64,000 bases of DNA from Candidatus Dormiibacterota bacterium (lineage in GTDB: Bacteria; Chloroflexota; Dormibacteria; CF-121), in contig DASWBA010000135.1 in NCBI GenBank assembly GCA_036390825.1, positions 17,783 through 81,782 on the forward strand, in the 5' to 3' direction. Under the pieces are notes generated by a model. That model did no database searches, was not told the origin of the DNA, and saw nothing but the letters and a program-made list of their open reading frames with translations. Positions 52,881-64,000 of the stretch are shown here, piece after piece. The first letter of the stretch is position 1, and each line of letters begins with the position of its first letter. Position numbers and translations under genes: made by a program.

Positions 52881-54503
52881 TTGGGCATCAAGTCAGACGA
52901 GATCAGCAACCTCATCAAACAGCGCATCAAGGACTTCGACGTCCCCATCCTCTCGGCGGACGTCGGCATCGTCACCGAGATCGGTGACGGCATCGCGCGG
53001 ATCTATGGCCTGCGGAACGCCCAATCACTCGAGTTGCTCGAGTTCAAGGGCGGGGTCAAGGGCATGGCGCTCAACCTCGAGGAGGACTCGGTGGGCGCTG
53101 TCATCCTCGGGCCCTACGAGGAGATCCGCGAAGGCGACGAGGTGCGCACCACCGGCAGTGTCATCCAGGTGCCGGTCGGCGACGCGCTGATTGGCCGGGT
53201 CGTCAACGCACTCGGGGAGCCAATCGACGGCAAAGGTCCGATCCAGACGACCGAAACGGCTCCCGTCGAGAAGGTGGCTCCCGGTGTCATTACGCGGCAG
53301 CTCGTCGACACGCCGCTGCAAACCGGCATCAAGGCGGTGGATGCGATGACCCCCATCGGCCGGGGTCAGCGTGAGCTGATCATCGGCGACCGGCAAACGG
53401 GGAAAACCGCGATTGCGCTCGACACCATCATCAACCAGAAAGGGCAGGACGTCATCTGCATCTATGTGGCGATCGGCCAGCGCGCTGCCACCGTCGCCCA
53501 GGTGGCCGCCGTGCTCGAGGAGCGTGGCGCGCTCGAGTACACCATCATCGTTTCCGCGACCGCCAGTGAGCCGGCGCCGCTGTGGTACATCGCGCCCTAC
53601 GCCGCGACCTCGATGGGCGAGTACTTCATGGACAAGGGGAAGGACGTACTGGTGGTCTACGACGACCTGTCGAAGCACGCCTGGGCCTACCGACAGATCT
53701 CGCTCTTGCTTCGCCGTCCACCCGGGCGCGAGGCCTATCCCGGCGACGTCTTCTACCTACACTCCCGCTTGCTCGAGCGATCGGCACGCATGAACAAGGA
53801 CAACGGAGGCGGCTCGCTCACGGCGCTGCCGATCATCGAGACCCTCGCAGGCGACATCTCGGCCTACATCCCCACCAACGTCATCTCGATCACTGATGGA
53901 CAGATCTACCTCTTGACCGATCTTTTCTATGCGGGCATCCGGCCGGCGATCTCGACCGGCCTGTCCGTCTCCCGGGTTGGTGGCGCCGCCCAGATCAAGG
54001 CGATGCGGCAGGTCGCCGGCCGGCTCCGCCTCGACCTCTCGCAGTATCGGGAGCTGGCGGCCTTCGCGCAGTTTGCCTCCGACCTGGACAAGCGGACGCG
54101 GGACCAGCTGGAGCGTGGCAAGCGGATGGAAGAGCTGCTCAAGCAGGACCAGTACCAACCGATGAAGGTCGCCCAGCAGGTGATCGTCCTCTTCGCCGGC
54201 GGGAACGGCCTGCTCGACGACGTTCCGGTCGACAAGGTGCGACAGTTCGAAAATGAGCTGCTGCGGTTCTTGAGCAGCTCACACGCGGGCATCGAGCAGG
54301 CGATCGCCAAGGAGAAGGCGCTCTCGGCGGATACTGAAAAGTCGCTGCGCGGGGCTATCGACGAGTTCAAGCAGGGGAGCCCACTGGTGCAGAAGGCGGA
54401 AGCCAAGCCGGCGGCCAAGGCAGAGGAGCCGCCTCCGGATGGAAAGGGTCCGTTGCAGGCGGCGCGCCGGGCGACCGAGCGCGAGACCGCCAAGGAACGC
54501 TAG
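52881..54503 (+). CDS. atpA: F0F1 ATP synthase subunit alpha, with a ~35-aa charged C-terminal extension
   Basis: 540 aa. Walker A GDRQTGKT. The tail [36 protein letters not shown] lies beyond the usual alpha C-terminus; mycobacterial alpha has a comparable extension. Confidence 0.95.
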   Translation: MGIKSDEISNLIKQRIKDFDVPILSADVGIVTEIGDGIARIYGLRNAQSLELLEFKGGVKGMALNLEEDSVGAVILGPYEEIREGDEVRTTGSVIQVPVGDALIGRVVNALGEPIDGKGPIQTTETAPVEKVAPGVITRQLVDTPLQTGIKAVDAMTPIGRGQRELIIGDRQTGKTAIALDTIINQKGQDVICIYVAIGQRAATVAQVAAVLEERGALEYTIIVSATASEPAPLWYIAPYAATSMGEYFMDKGKDVLVVYDDLSKHAWAYRQISLLLRRPPGREAYPGDVFYLHSRLLERSARMNKDNGGGSLTALPIIETLAGDISAYIPTNVISITDGQIYLLTDLFYAGIRPAISTGLSVSRVGGAAQIKAMRQVAGRLRLDLSQYRELAAFAQFASDLDKRTRDQLERGKRMEELLKQDQYQPMKVAQQVIVLFAGGNGLLDDVPVDKVRQFENELLRFLSSSHAGIEQAIAKEKALSADTEKSLRGAIDEFKQGSPLVQKAEAKPAAKAEEPPPDGKGPLQAARRATERETAKER

Positions 54504-54509
54504 CGGCAC

Positions 54510-55364
54510 ATGGCCACCCTCGCCGAAATCCGCCGCCGGATCGCCAGCGTGAAGAACACGCAGCAAATCACGCGCGCCATGCAGGCGGTCGCGGCCTCGA
54601 AGCTGCGCCGCGTGCAGGCTCGCGCGGAAGCGGCGCGACCTTACGCCGACCGAATGGCCGACGTCCTGGTCGAGGTGGCCAGCCGGGTCACCAGCTACAA
54701 GCATCCCTTTCTCACCGAGCGGCCCGTCAACAAACGACTACTGATCCTCGTCTCGTCCGACCGCGGCCTCGCCGGCGGCCTGAACGTCAACGCGTTTCGG
54801 GTGGCGCTCGGCTACATCCGGCAGGGCGACACCGTGCTCGACACCATTGGACGAAAAGGGCGCGACTATTTCCGCAGGTTGGGAGTGCCGATCCTGGCCG
54901 AGGTCTCGCAGGTCGGCGACCGGCCGCAGTTGAAGGACATCTTGCCGGTGATCACGGTGGCGCGGGATGAGTATTTGAAGGGCAATGTCGACGAAGTGGC
55001 GCTGCTCTATACCCGCTTTGCATCGGTCAGCCGCTTGGAGCCGACCATCAAGGTCCTGATCCCGGTACGGGTCCCGGAGCGGAAAGGCGAGGGTCCGCGG
55101 ATCGACTACATCTATGAGCCGGAAGCTGAAGAGGTTCTCTCACAGCTGCTGCCGCGCTACGTCGAGGCCCAGGTCTACGCGGCGGTCCTCGACAACCTGG
55201 CCAGCTTCTACGCGGCCCAGATGGTGGCGATGCGGAACGCGACCGACAACGCCGGTGAGCTGATCGAAGACCTGACCCTGCTGCGCAACAAGGTGCGGCA
55301 GGCGACGATCACGAAAGAACTGAGCGAAATCGTGGGTGGCGCCGAAGCGCTCACCGCCGGCTAG
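54510..55364 (+). CDS. atpG: F0F1 ATP synthase subunit gamma
   Basis: 284 aa with gamma-subunit N- and C-terminal helices. Confidence 0.9.
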   Translation: MATLAEIRRRIASVKNTQQITRAMQAVAASKLRRVQARAEAARPYADRMADVLVEVASRVTSYKHPFLTERPVNKRLLILVSSDRGLAGGLNVNAFRVALGYIRQGDTVLDTIGRKGRDYFRRLGVPILAEVSQVGDRPQLKDILPVITVARDEYLKGNVDEVALLYTRFASVSRLEPTIKVLIPVRVPERKGEGPRIDYIYEPEAEEVLSQLLPRYVEAQVYAAVLDNLASFYAAQMVAMRNATDNAGELIEDLTLLRNKVRQATITKELSEIVGGAEALTAG

Positions 55365-56936
<1,572 letters not shown>

Positions 56937-56938
56937 CG

Positions 56939-57364
56939 GTGGCCGAGAAGAACAAGCTCCACCTCGACATCGTCACGGTTGAAGGACGTCGCTTCAAAGG
57001 CGATGCCGACTTCGTCGTGGCGCCGGGGTCGGAAGGGGAGCTCGGCATCCTACCGCGGCACATTCCGCTGTTGACCCCGCTCAAGCCGGGAGTGGTCAAG
57101 GTGCGCAACGACAACGAGGAACAATTTTTCTTCGTCTCGGGCGGGTTCCTGGAGGTGCGCCCCGACGAGGTCACCGTCCTCGCCGATGCCGCCGAGCGGG
57201 CGGAGGACATCGATGAAGCCCGTGCCGAGGAAGCCCGCCGCCGGGCGGCGGATCTCCTGCAACAGAAGCTGTCCGACGTGGACCTTGCCGCTGCCTCGGT
57301 CGCACTCGCGCGAGCCGAAGCGAGGTTGCGCTTGGCCGAGTTGCGCCGCCGCCGTCGAACGTAG
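56939..57364 (+). CDS. atpC: F0F1 ATP synthase subunit epsilon
   Basis: 141 aa. Beta-sandwich plus a C-terminal helical hairpin. Confidence 0.9.
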   Translation: MAEKNKLHLDIVTVEGRRFKGDADFVVAPGSEGELGILPRHIPLLTPLKPGVVKVRNDNEEQFFFVSGGFLEVRPDEVTVLADAAERAEDIDEARAEEARRRAADLLQQKLSDVDLAAASVALARAEARLRLAELRRRRRT

Positions 57365-57380
57365 AGCGTGCGAGCACGCT
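57365..57380 (+). terminator. Hairpin AGCGTGCGAGCACGCT directly after atpC
   Basis: Perfect 6-7 bp stem immediately after the atpC stop, at the operon end. Confidence 0.35.
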
Positions 57381-57429
57381 CGGTGACAATCTCCTCAATC
57401 CTGGCGGCGGCTGTTACCCTAGTCGGCTA

Positions 57430-58725
57430 GTGGCCCAACTCCTGATCGAGGGGGGAACTCGATTGGTCGGGCGGGTCCCGATCAGTGGCTCCAAAAACGC
57501 GGTTCTCCCCATCCTCGCAGCCTGCCTGCTGACCGACGAGGAATGCCGTCTCAAGAACGTGCCGCGCCTCGAGGACGTCTCGACCATGAAGAAGCTGCTG
57601 GAAGGCATGGGGGTCCAGATTCGCTGGCTGGATCCGCAGCAGCTCCAGGTCAACGCCGAGCGGCTGGCCCGGAGTGAGGTACTGGCGGGCATGGCCAACA
57701 AGATGCGCGCCTCGTTCCTGCTGATCGGTCCGCTGCTGGCACGGCGCGGCGAGGCGAGGGTCCCGAAGCCAGGTGGGGACGACATCGGGATGCGCCGGGT
57801 TGAGCAGCACCTCCACGGTCTGCGCTTGATGGGCGCCCACGTCGAGCTGGTGGACGGGGAGTATGTGGCCCGCGCTGACCGTCTGAAAGGCGCGACCATC
57901 CATCTCGACATGCCAACCGTGACCGGGACCGAGAACCTGATGATGGCCGCCGCCACCGCCGACGGCTTTACCACCATCCACAATGCCGCCCGAGAGCCGC
58001 ATGTCGTCGACCTGGCGATGTTCCTCGGCAAGATGGGCGCGCAGATCAACGGGATTGGGACGGATGTGCTGCAGATCGAGGGCGTGGCCGAGCTCAGTGG
58101 TGCGACCCATCGCGTCATCCCGGACAACATCGAGGCGGGTACGTACGCGTTCGCCGTTGCGGCCACCGGCGGCGAGGCCGTCCTCGAGGACGTCGCGACC
58201 GCGGATCTGCGGGCGGTGATGCTGAAGCTGCGCGAGGCGGGCGTCGAGGTGGAGGACCAAACGCACAGCCTCTGGGTGCAGGCCAACGGACCCCTACATC
58301 CGGTTGACGTCACGACCTGGCCTCACCCCGGATTCCCAACCGACCTGCAAGCGCCCTTCGTCAGCCTGATGACGCAGGCACAGGGCAAGTGCGTCATCTC
58401 CGAGGCGGTCTTCGAGAACCGCTTCCAACATGTCTTGGAATTGCGCAAGCTCGGGGCCGACATTTACGTCGAGGGTCGGAGCGCCATGGTCGCGGGCCCC
58501 AGCCAGTTGCACGGCGCCTCAGTCACCGTGCCCGACATTCGATCGGGGGCGGCGCTGGTGGTGGCGGCACTCTGTGCCACCGGCACGACGACGCTCGACA
58601 ACATCTATCATCTCGATCGCGGTTATCAGGACATCGTGGCCAAGCTGGAGCGCCTGGGTGCGCACATCGCTCGTGTCGGCGGCCACCCGGGCGACGTGGA
58701 CCTTTCCAGGGTCGTAGGGGATTGA
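57430..58725 (+). CDS. murA: UDP-N-acetylglucosamine 1-carboxyvinyltransferase
   Basis: 431 aa. Both EPSP-synthase-fold domains; active-site Cys lies in the KLLEGMG...PKPGGDDIGMRRVEQH region; full-length MurA similarity. Confidence 0.95.
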   Translation: MAQLLIEGGTRLVGRVPISGSKNAVLPILAACLLTDEECRLKNVPRLEDVSTMKKLLEGMGVQIRWLDPQQLQVNAERLARSEVLAGMANKMRASFLLIGPLLARRGEARVPKPGGDDIGMRRVEQHLHGLRLMGAHVELVDGEYVARADRLKGATIHLDMPTVTGTENLMMAAATADGFTTIHNAAREPHVVDLAMFLGKMGAQINGIGTDVLQIEGVAELSGATHRVIPDNIEAGTYAFAVAATGGEAVLEDVATADLRAVMLKLREAGVEVEDQTHSLWVQANGPLHPVDVTTWPHPGFPTDLQAPFVSLMTQAQGKCVISEAVFENRFQHVLELRKLGADIYVEGRSAMVAGPSQLHGASVTVPDIRSGAALVVAALCATGTTTLDNIYHLDRGYQDIVAKLERLGAHIARVGGHPGDVDLSRVVGD

Positions 58726-58731
58726 GGCCAA

Positions 58732-59730
58732 GTGCTCTCCAAAAAGATTGGCATCGACCTGGGGACCTCGACCGTCCTCGTCTACGTCAAAGGTGAAGGG
58801 GTCGTCGTCAACGAGCCCGCGCTGATGGCGACCGACGGCAAGGGCGGGCGCGTGTTGGCGATCGGACGGGCCGCCACCCAGCTCGTCGGCCGCGGCGGAA
58901 AGGCGCGCACCGTCCGACTGATTCGTGATGGCAATGGGGTCGACTACGGGGTCGCGGGCGCCATGCTCCAGCACCTGATCGGTCGCATCGTCGGTCGGCA
59001 ACGGATTTTCCGGCCCGATGTCATGCTCTCGGTCGGGCCGATGGTCACCGGCGTCGAGCGCCGGGCCGTCCTGGAGGCCACCATGCAGGCCGGCGCCAAG
59101 ACGGCCTACCTGATCGACAAGCCGATGGCCGCGGCCATCGGGGCGAAGGTCGCGGTCTCCAGCACCGACGGCATCGTCGTGGTCAACCTCGGTGCCGGCT
59201 CAACCGAGATGGCGGTGATCGCGCTCGGCGAAATCATTGCCATGGAGACGATCCCGATCGGCGGCGAGGCCCTCGACCGGGCCATCGAGGCGTCCATCGC
59301 ACGGACCCGTGGCACGCAGCTCAAGCCGGGCGATGCCGAGCGCCTCAAGCTCGAGGTTGGGTCGGCGATCACCCCAGCCAACGAGACCTCGATCGAGCTC
59401 AACGGCGCCGCCGACTCGAGTCGCGCCCCGTTCCGCGTATCGAGTCGCGAGGTTCTGGCGGCGATCCGTGAGCCGCTCGAGGCGATCGTTGCCGGCCTGC
59501 AACGCCTGCTCGCCCAGGTCCCCGAGTCGCGGCGCGCCGCCGTCAACCGCAACGGTCTCGTGCTCTCCGGAGGCGGCGCCCAGCTGCCGGGGATGGCCGA
59601 GTTTCTAACGGCCCGCGTCCAAATTCCCGCCCGGGTGGCGCGTGATCCGCAGAGCTGTGTGGCCGTCGGAACTGGAATGGCGCTCGACAACATGCAAGTG
59701 GTGCGCCGAGGACAGCACTACATCACATGA
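58732..59730 (+). CDS. mreB: Rod shape-determining protein MreB/Mbl (actin-like ATPase)
   Basis: 332 aa. IGIDLGTS phosphate-1 motif, GGGAQLPGM phosphate-2/adenosine motifs. Position after atp-murA mirrors Bacillus mbl; no mreC/mreD adjacent. Confidence 0.85.
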   Translation: MLSKKIGIDLGTSTVLVYVKGEGVVVNEPALMATDGKGGRVLAIGRAATQLVGRGGKARTVRLIRDGNGVDYGVAGAMLQHLIGRIVGRQRIFRPDVMLSVGPMVTGVERRAVLEATMQAGAKTAYLIDKPMAAAIGAKVAVSSTDGIVVVNLGAGSTEMAVIALGEIIAMETIPIGGEALDRAIEASIARTRGTQLKPGDAERLKLEVGSAITPANETSIELNGAADSSRAPFRVSSREVLAAIREPLEAIVAGLQRLLAQVPESRRAAVNRNGLVLSGGGAQLPGMAEFLTARVQIPARVARDPQSCVAVGTGMALDNMQVVRRGQHYIT

Positions 59731-60692
59731 GTCAAGAACGGCGCCCCTCATCCGACGTGGTGATTCTGCTTGGTGGCGGTGTGCGGGAGGCACTGATGGG
59801 GCAATCGGTCCTTCGCGCCTGCGAGGGCGCGACCGTGTTCGTCTCGGCGGACGCTATCGGGATCGTGCTCGGAATCCCATCGATTGGTCGCGCTTCCGTC
59901 TTCAATGATTCGCCAGCGGAACTCGTGCGTGTCTTTCGGCGATTGCGGGCGGGTGCGGTTGGGACCGTGGTCATTCCCTACCCGGCCCACTACCTGCACC
60001 TGGTGCTCGCCTACTTCGCCGCCGTGCCACGCCGTCTGGTGGCGCCTGGCCCCCACGATTGGGTAGCGACCGAGCGGACGGGGACGACCAAGGATCTGCA
60101 TCCGGTCGAGGCCAACTGGCGCCTGGCGGCGGTCGCCAGCCAGCGGCCGTTGCTGGCGCCGGGTGATCCCCCCAGCCTGCGGCCGCCGGAGGCCGTCCGG
60201 ACGCAAGCCATGGCGCGCTGGCCGGCCTTCATCGGCGGCGGTCACCGCCCGCTGATCCTGATCCCCGGTGGCGGCGGATGGTCAGCCGAGCGGCGGGCGC
60301 CGACCTGGCCGGCGGAACGCTTTGCCGTGGTGGCCAACCAATCGACGGCGGACCGCATCGTGATCCTGAGCGGCGCCGGCGATCAGCAGGCCGTGCGCGA
60401 GACGCGGGCCGGCATCGCCAAGCCGACCCTGACACTCAAGCTCGCCGACATGACGGTCGACGAGGTCGCCGTCCTCAGCGAGCTCAGCCTTGGCGTGGTC
60501 GGACACGACGGCGATGCGCTCCACGTCGCGGCGGCCGCCGGCGCCCTGGTGCTTACCACCGCCCGCAAGCCCGACATCCCGCCGATCGGCGATCGCGTTG
60601 TGACCTTGTGGACCGACGATTATGAACGCTTCCCCGCCCGGCCAGTACTGGAGGCCCTCTCGAAGCAGGCGCGGATCGATACCTACGCCTGA
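59727..60692 (+). CDS. Glycosyltransferase family 9 (heptosyltransferase-like)
   Basis: 321 aa. Characteristic GT9 motif LIPGGGGWSAERRAPTWPAERFA (G...RWP.E.F) and C-terminal GxDG/H region. Confidence 0.55.
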   Translation: MSQERRPSSDVVILLGGGVREALMGQSVLRACEGATVFVSADAIGIVLGIPSIGRASVFNDSPAELVRVFRRLRAGAVGTVVIPYPAHYLHLVLAYFAAVPRRLVAPGPHDWVATERTGTTKDLHPVEANWRLAAVASQRPLLAPGDPPSLRPPEAVRTQAMARWPAFIGGGHRPLILIPGGGGWSAERRAPTWPAERFAVVANQSTADRIVILSGAGDQQAVRETRAGIAKPTLTLKLADMTVDEVAVLSELSLGVVGHDGDALHVAAAAGALVLTTARKPDIPPIGDRVVTLWTDDYERFPARPVLEALSKQARIDTYA

Positions 60693-60729
60693 TCCAGCTG
60701 GCTCCGGCCGGAAAGCACTCCGGGTGGCG

Positions 60730-61770
60730 ATGGACACGCGGGCGCTGGGCGAGGGCGACGCGACCGGCGTCGGCCGCTACATCCAGGCCCTGATCGGGGC
60801 CTTCCGCGAGAGTGACGCCATCGACCTGACCCTCTATCCGGGCCGCGGGCCTCGCGTGCTCGGGCCGCACATTGTCATGCCGCTGCGCATGCGCGCCGAC
60901 CGTGCGCAACTCGTCCATGGTCCGGCGAATTCGTTGCCCTTGTTCGAGGCGGGCCTGCCCGGCGTGGTCACGATTCACGATCTCGCCATCTACGACCACC
61001 CGGAATGGTTTCCCGCGGGACAGTGGTTCGCGACCAGGGTCGTCGTTCCGCAGTCGATCCGGCGCGCTCGCGCCATCATCTGCCCCTCGACGGCGACCCA
61101 ACGGGCCGTGGTGCGCCACTTTCGGGTGGACCCGCAGCGATGTCGCGTGATCCCGCATGGGGTCGAGACCGAGTTCAGCCTGCCGGTCTCGAACGAGGTT
61201 CGAGCCGAGCTGAGTACGCGCTACGGGCTCCCGGATCGCTACCTGCTGCAGGTGGGCACGGTGCAGCCGCGCAAGAACTATGTCACCAGCCTTCGTGCCC
61301 TGGCCCGCATCCCTCCGCAACAGCGGATACCGCTGCTCGTGGTCGGCCGGTTCGGCTGGAAATACGACGACGTGGTCGACACCGTGCGCCGTCTCGACCT
61401 GGACCAGTGGGTGCGATTCGTGGGCTACGCGGGGATGCCGGAGTTGCCCGGCCTCTACCAGATGGCGCAGGCGGTTCTGTTTCCCTCGCTGGACGAGGGA
61501 TTCGGGTTGCCGGTGCTCGAGGCCCTCGCGGCCGGAACGCCGGTGGTCGCGTCGAATGCCGGCGCCATTCCCGAGGTCGCCGGCGATGCCGCGCTGTTCT
61601 GCGCGCCCGCTGACGACGAAGCGCTGGCGGGAAATCTCCTCCGCTTGCTGACCGACGGTGCACTCCGCGAGCGCCAGGTCGCGGCGGGGCGGGCGCGCGC
61701 GGCCCTTTACACGTGGTCCTCGAGCGCCGCCGGGCATCGCGCCGTCTACGAGTCGATCGTCAGCGGCTGA
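60730..61770 (+). CDS. Glycosyltransferase family 4 (GT-B, group 1)
   Basis: Start at internal ATG MDTRALGEGDATGVGRY... C-terminal EGFGLPVLEALAAGTPVVAS (EX7E) motif. Confidence 0.75.
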   Translation: MDTRALGEGDATGVGRYIQALIGAFRESDAIDLTLYPGRGPRVLGPHIVMPLRMRADRAQLVHGPANSLPLFEAGLPGVVTIHDLAIYDHPEWFPAGQWFATRVVVPQSIRRARAIICPSTATQRAVVRHFRVDPQRCRVIPHGVETEFSLPVSNEVRAELSTRYGLPDRYLLQVGTVQPRKNYVTSLRALARIPPQQRIPLLVVGRFGWKYDDVVDTVRRLDLDQWVRFVGYAGMPELPGLYQMAQAVLFPSLDEGFGLPVLEALAAGTPVVASNAGAIPEVAGDAALFCAPADDEALAGNLLRLLTDGALRERQVAAGRARAALYTWSSSAAGHRAVYESIVSG

Positions 61771-62837
61771 CCCTTGCGCGCGACCCGCTCCAGCACCCCC
61801 CAGGTCCTGGCGGCGGCAGCCTCCCAGGTGAAGTCGGCGCTGCGGGTGGCGCCCGCGGCGATCAAGCGACGCTGCAGGGCGGGATCGCGCGCCAGTTCCA
61901 ACATGGCCTGGCTCCAGGCACCCGCATCGTCGGGGCTCAACAGGATGCCGGCGGTACCGATGATTTCCGGCAACGCGCCCGCGGTCGATGCGATTACCGC
62001 CGTGCCACAGCGCATCGCTTCCAGGGCGGGAAACCCAAAGCCTTCGAATCGAGAGGGCAAGGTGAGAGCGATCGCGCCGGCGTAGAGCGCGGGCAGGTCA
62101 TCGGGCGGCACGTACGGCAATGTCCGCACCGCCCCCGCCGACGCGTCGTCGTGGCCCGGTCCTGCCAGAACCAGCTCCGCCTGCAGTCCGCGGCGTCGCG
62201 CCTCGTCGAAGGCTCGGCGCAGCATGCTCAGGTTCTTGCGCGGGTGGTTGCGGCCGATATAGAGAAAGTAGGCACCGCCGATCCGAAGCCGCTCCAGCAC
62301 CTCGCCGACTCGGGACGGGTCCTGCGGCCGCATGCGCGGGTCGACGCCGGAATGCACCACGCTGATGCGCCCACCCGGCACGTTGTAGAAACGGACCAGG
62401 TCATCGGCTGTCGACTTGGACACGGCGATCAGGCGGCTGGCGCGGCGCGCCGCGTACCGCGTCGTGGCTTCGAGGTACCAGCGTGCGGTGCGCGAGTAGG
62501 CGTGCGGCTCGCGACGGTGACCGACGTCGTGGATCGTTACCACCGATGTCAGGCCGAGCGCGAAGGGCAAAACATGGCTCGGGATGAATGTCACGTCGGG
62601 CCGCTCGCGACGGAGCGCTTGCCGTAACCGCCAATGGGTCCATAGCCGGGGAAACGGAATGCCGCGCCACTCGACACCGGCCGGCAGCCAGGCAGGCGCG
62701 TCGATCGCGTTCGCGTAGACACGCATCGTATGCGCTTCACGCGATGCCGCGAGCGCCTCGATGATGCTGCGCGCATAGACTTCTGTTCCCGTCGCCACGC
62801 GGCGAATCGCAGGTGTGCCATCAATCCCCACAATCAC
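61746..62837 (-). CDS. Glycosyltransferase family 4 (GT-B, group 1)
   Basis: 363 aa. FEGFGFPALEAMRCGTAVIAS motif; convergent with the previous GT4 gene (25-nt overlap). Confidence 0.75.
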   Translation of the reverse strand: MIVGIDGTPAIRRVATGTEVYARSIIEALAASREAHTMRVYANAIDAPAWLPAGVEWRGIPFPRLWTHWRLRQALRRERPDVTFIPSHVLPFALGLTSVVTIHDVGHRREPHAYSRTARWYLEATTRYAARRASRLIAVSKSTADDLVRFYNVPGGRISVVHSGVDPRMRPQDPSRVGEVLERLRIGGAYFLYIGRNHPRKNLSMLRRAFDEARRRGLQAELVLAGPGHDDASAGAVRTLPYVPPDDLPALYAGAIALTLPSRFEGFGFPALEAMRCGTAVIASTAGALPEIIGTAGILLSPDDAGAWSQAMLELARDPALQRRLIAAGATRSADFTWEAAAARTWGVLERVARKGQPLTIDS

Positions 62838-62938
62838 GGCGCGTCGCCGCTCCCGCGCAATGTCGGTTGCACATTGACTTCGTTACGGCCGAAAGGCCGG
62901 CTCGCCCTGCGGGCTCGCTGTTCTGCTAACTTGCGGCA

Positions 62939-64000
62939 GTGTTGAGCAGCAATGCTGTACCGGATGGCATCGCGGTTGATTTGCTGTTTGCGGCGAAGCC
63001 ATTCACCGGACTCGAGCATCATGCGCTCCACATCCTCCGCGGGCTGCACAAAGTGGGTGCGTCGGTCGATGTGCTGGTGCCGTCCGACGTGATCGCCGAC
63101 CTCGGCGACGCGGCCGACGGGCACCAAATCGTCCCCTTTCCTCGCGTCCCGCGGGGGCTTCGGCTGGGACGAGAACAATGGGCCCTCCCATGGCGCTTCG
63201 GGGCCTCTCCACGCGCGCTCCACCTGCTGCACTCGGTCATAGGAGTGGCGCCGGTGCTCAGTGCGGTCCCGCTGGCGCTGACGGTGCCCGACCTCGCTTA
63301 TCGGATCCGCCCTGAGGACATGCATCCGCGCGCCCGCTGGTACTTCGGGATGCTCGGCCCACGGAGTATTCGCAAGGCGCGGCGTGTCATGGTCTCTTCG
63401 CACGCTGTTCGCCGCGAGCTCATCGATCTGTACCATATCGCGCCGGAGCGCGTGGCCTACGTCCCGCTCGCCGCCGATCCGATCTTCATCCCACGGCCGT
63501 CGACCGAGGTGGCTGAAGTACGAAAACGCTTCGGGCTCCCCGAGCACTATGTCCTCTACGTCGGAACCATCGATCCGCGCAAGGACCTGCGACGGCTGCG
63601 AGCCGCGTACGAGCTGCTTCCCCGCGACCTCACCGATGACTCGGCGCTCGTCTTTGTCGGCCGGATCAACCGGGGAGCCGAGCGGCTCGCCCGCGAGCTG
63701 CGCACGCCAGGACCGCGCGGCCACGTCATCGGGCTGGACTATGTCCCGCGCGAGATGCTGCCGGCGATCTACAGCGGCGCCTCGATCTTCGTGTACCCGT
63801 CACGCTATGAAGGCTTTGGCCTGCCGGTGCTGGAAGCCATGTCGTGCGGCGCGCCGGTGATCGTCTCCTCCACCGGCGCGCTCGCCGAGCTGGTCGACGA
63901 TGCGGGCGTGGTGCTGCGCACCGAGAGCGTGGAGGAGCTGACGCAGGCGATGGAGCGGCTGCTTCGCTTCGATGCAGAACAAGGGCGCCTGCGGGATGCC
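62939..64000 (+). CDS. Glycosyltransferase family 4, 5' partial (runs off the window end); GTG start
   Basis: Frame 2 from GTG 62939 reads (M)LSSNAVPDGIAVDLLFAAKPFTGLEHH...EGFGLPVLEAMSCGAPVIVSSTGALAELV with no stop before 64000. It is not in the tracker because the ORF is open-ended. The tracker's minus ORF 62834..63724 is its antisense. Confidence 0.7.
   Translation, partial: MLSSNAVPDGIAVDLLFAAKPFTGLEHHALHILRGLHKVGASVDVLVPSDVIADLGDAADGHQIVPFPRVPRGLRLGREQWALPWRFGASPRALHLLHSVIGVAPVLSAVPLALTVPDLAYRIRPEDMHPRARWYFGMLGPRSIRKARRVMVSSHAVRRELIDLYHIAPERVAYVPLAADPIFIPRPSTEVAEVRKRFGLPEHYVLYVGTIDPRKDLRRLRAAYELLPRDLTDDSALVFVGRINRGAERLARELRTPGPRGHVIGLDYVPREMLPAIYSGASIFVYPSRYEGFGLPVLEAMSCGAPVIVSSTGALAELVDDAGVVLRTESVEELTQAMERLLRFDAEQGRLRDA

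Overview
This 64-kb window is a high-GC (roughly 65-70%), densely coding stretch of bacterial chromosomal core, with about 70 genes. I see no rRNA, CRISPR array, integrase or prophage. Gene order: ftsZ (3' fragment), nrdR, pgeF/yfiH, yggS, yggT, ileS, lspA, rluD-like, gmk, coaBC, priA, def, fmt, smpB, a Flp-type pilin (minus strand), ssrA tmRNA. Then a minus-strand operon of unknown function (small protein, TPR/TM protein, membrane protein, lipoprotein); a phosphoesterase; an acetoacetate/acyl-CoA operon on the minus strand (acsA-like synthetase, CoA-transferase A and B, enoyl-CoA hydratase); a small zinc-ribbon membrane protein, a receiver-only response regulator, a CPBP protease, a USP, a small membrane protein and a KTN (TrkA-N) protein; dnaK, clpB, tRNA-Thr(CGU), a YcaQ/AlkZ-family DNA glycosylase, an FmdB zinc-ribbon protein, NfeD, an SPFH protein, a GNAT, htrA, argS, an MBL-fold hydrolase, a GH15 hydrolase (minus strand). 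Then pyrG, glpX, an M23 peptidase, a radical SAM protein, an M50 protease, rpmE, DUF1385, prfA, prmC, tsaC, glyA, wecA-like, the atpZ-I-B-E-F-H-A-G-D-C operon, murA, mreB/mbl, a GT9 and three GT4 glycosyltransferases (the last runs off the window). The wecA-atp-murA and rpmE-prfA-prmC-tsaC synteny and the ATP synthase alpha C-terminal extension look Actinobacteria-like, but other high-GC Terrabacteria are not excluded. I did not find a single self-contained novel system. The most interesting signals are: (1) a four-copy REP-like palindromic element that twice supplies the C-terminal tail and stop codon of a gene; (2) conserved genes (lspA, fmt, argS, GNAT) whose homologous N-termini lie upstream of any ATG/GTG/TTG; (3) an orphan Flp pilin between smpB and ssrA; (4) a structured ileS leader flanked by a 23-nt inverted repeat; (5) charged terminal extensions on ATP synthase alpha and beta; (6) a tRNA-adjacent, lower-GC3 YcaQ/AlkZ glycosylase.
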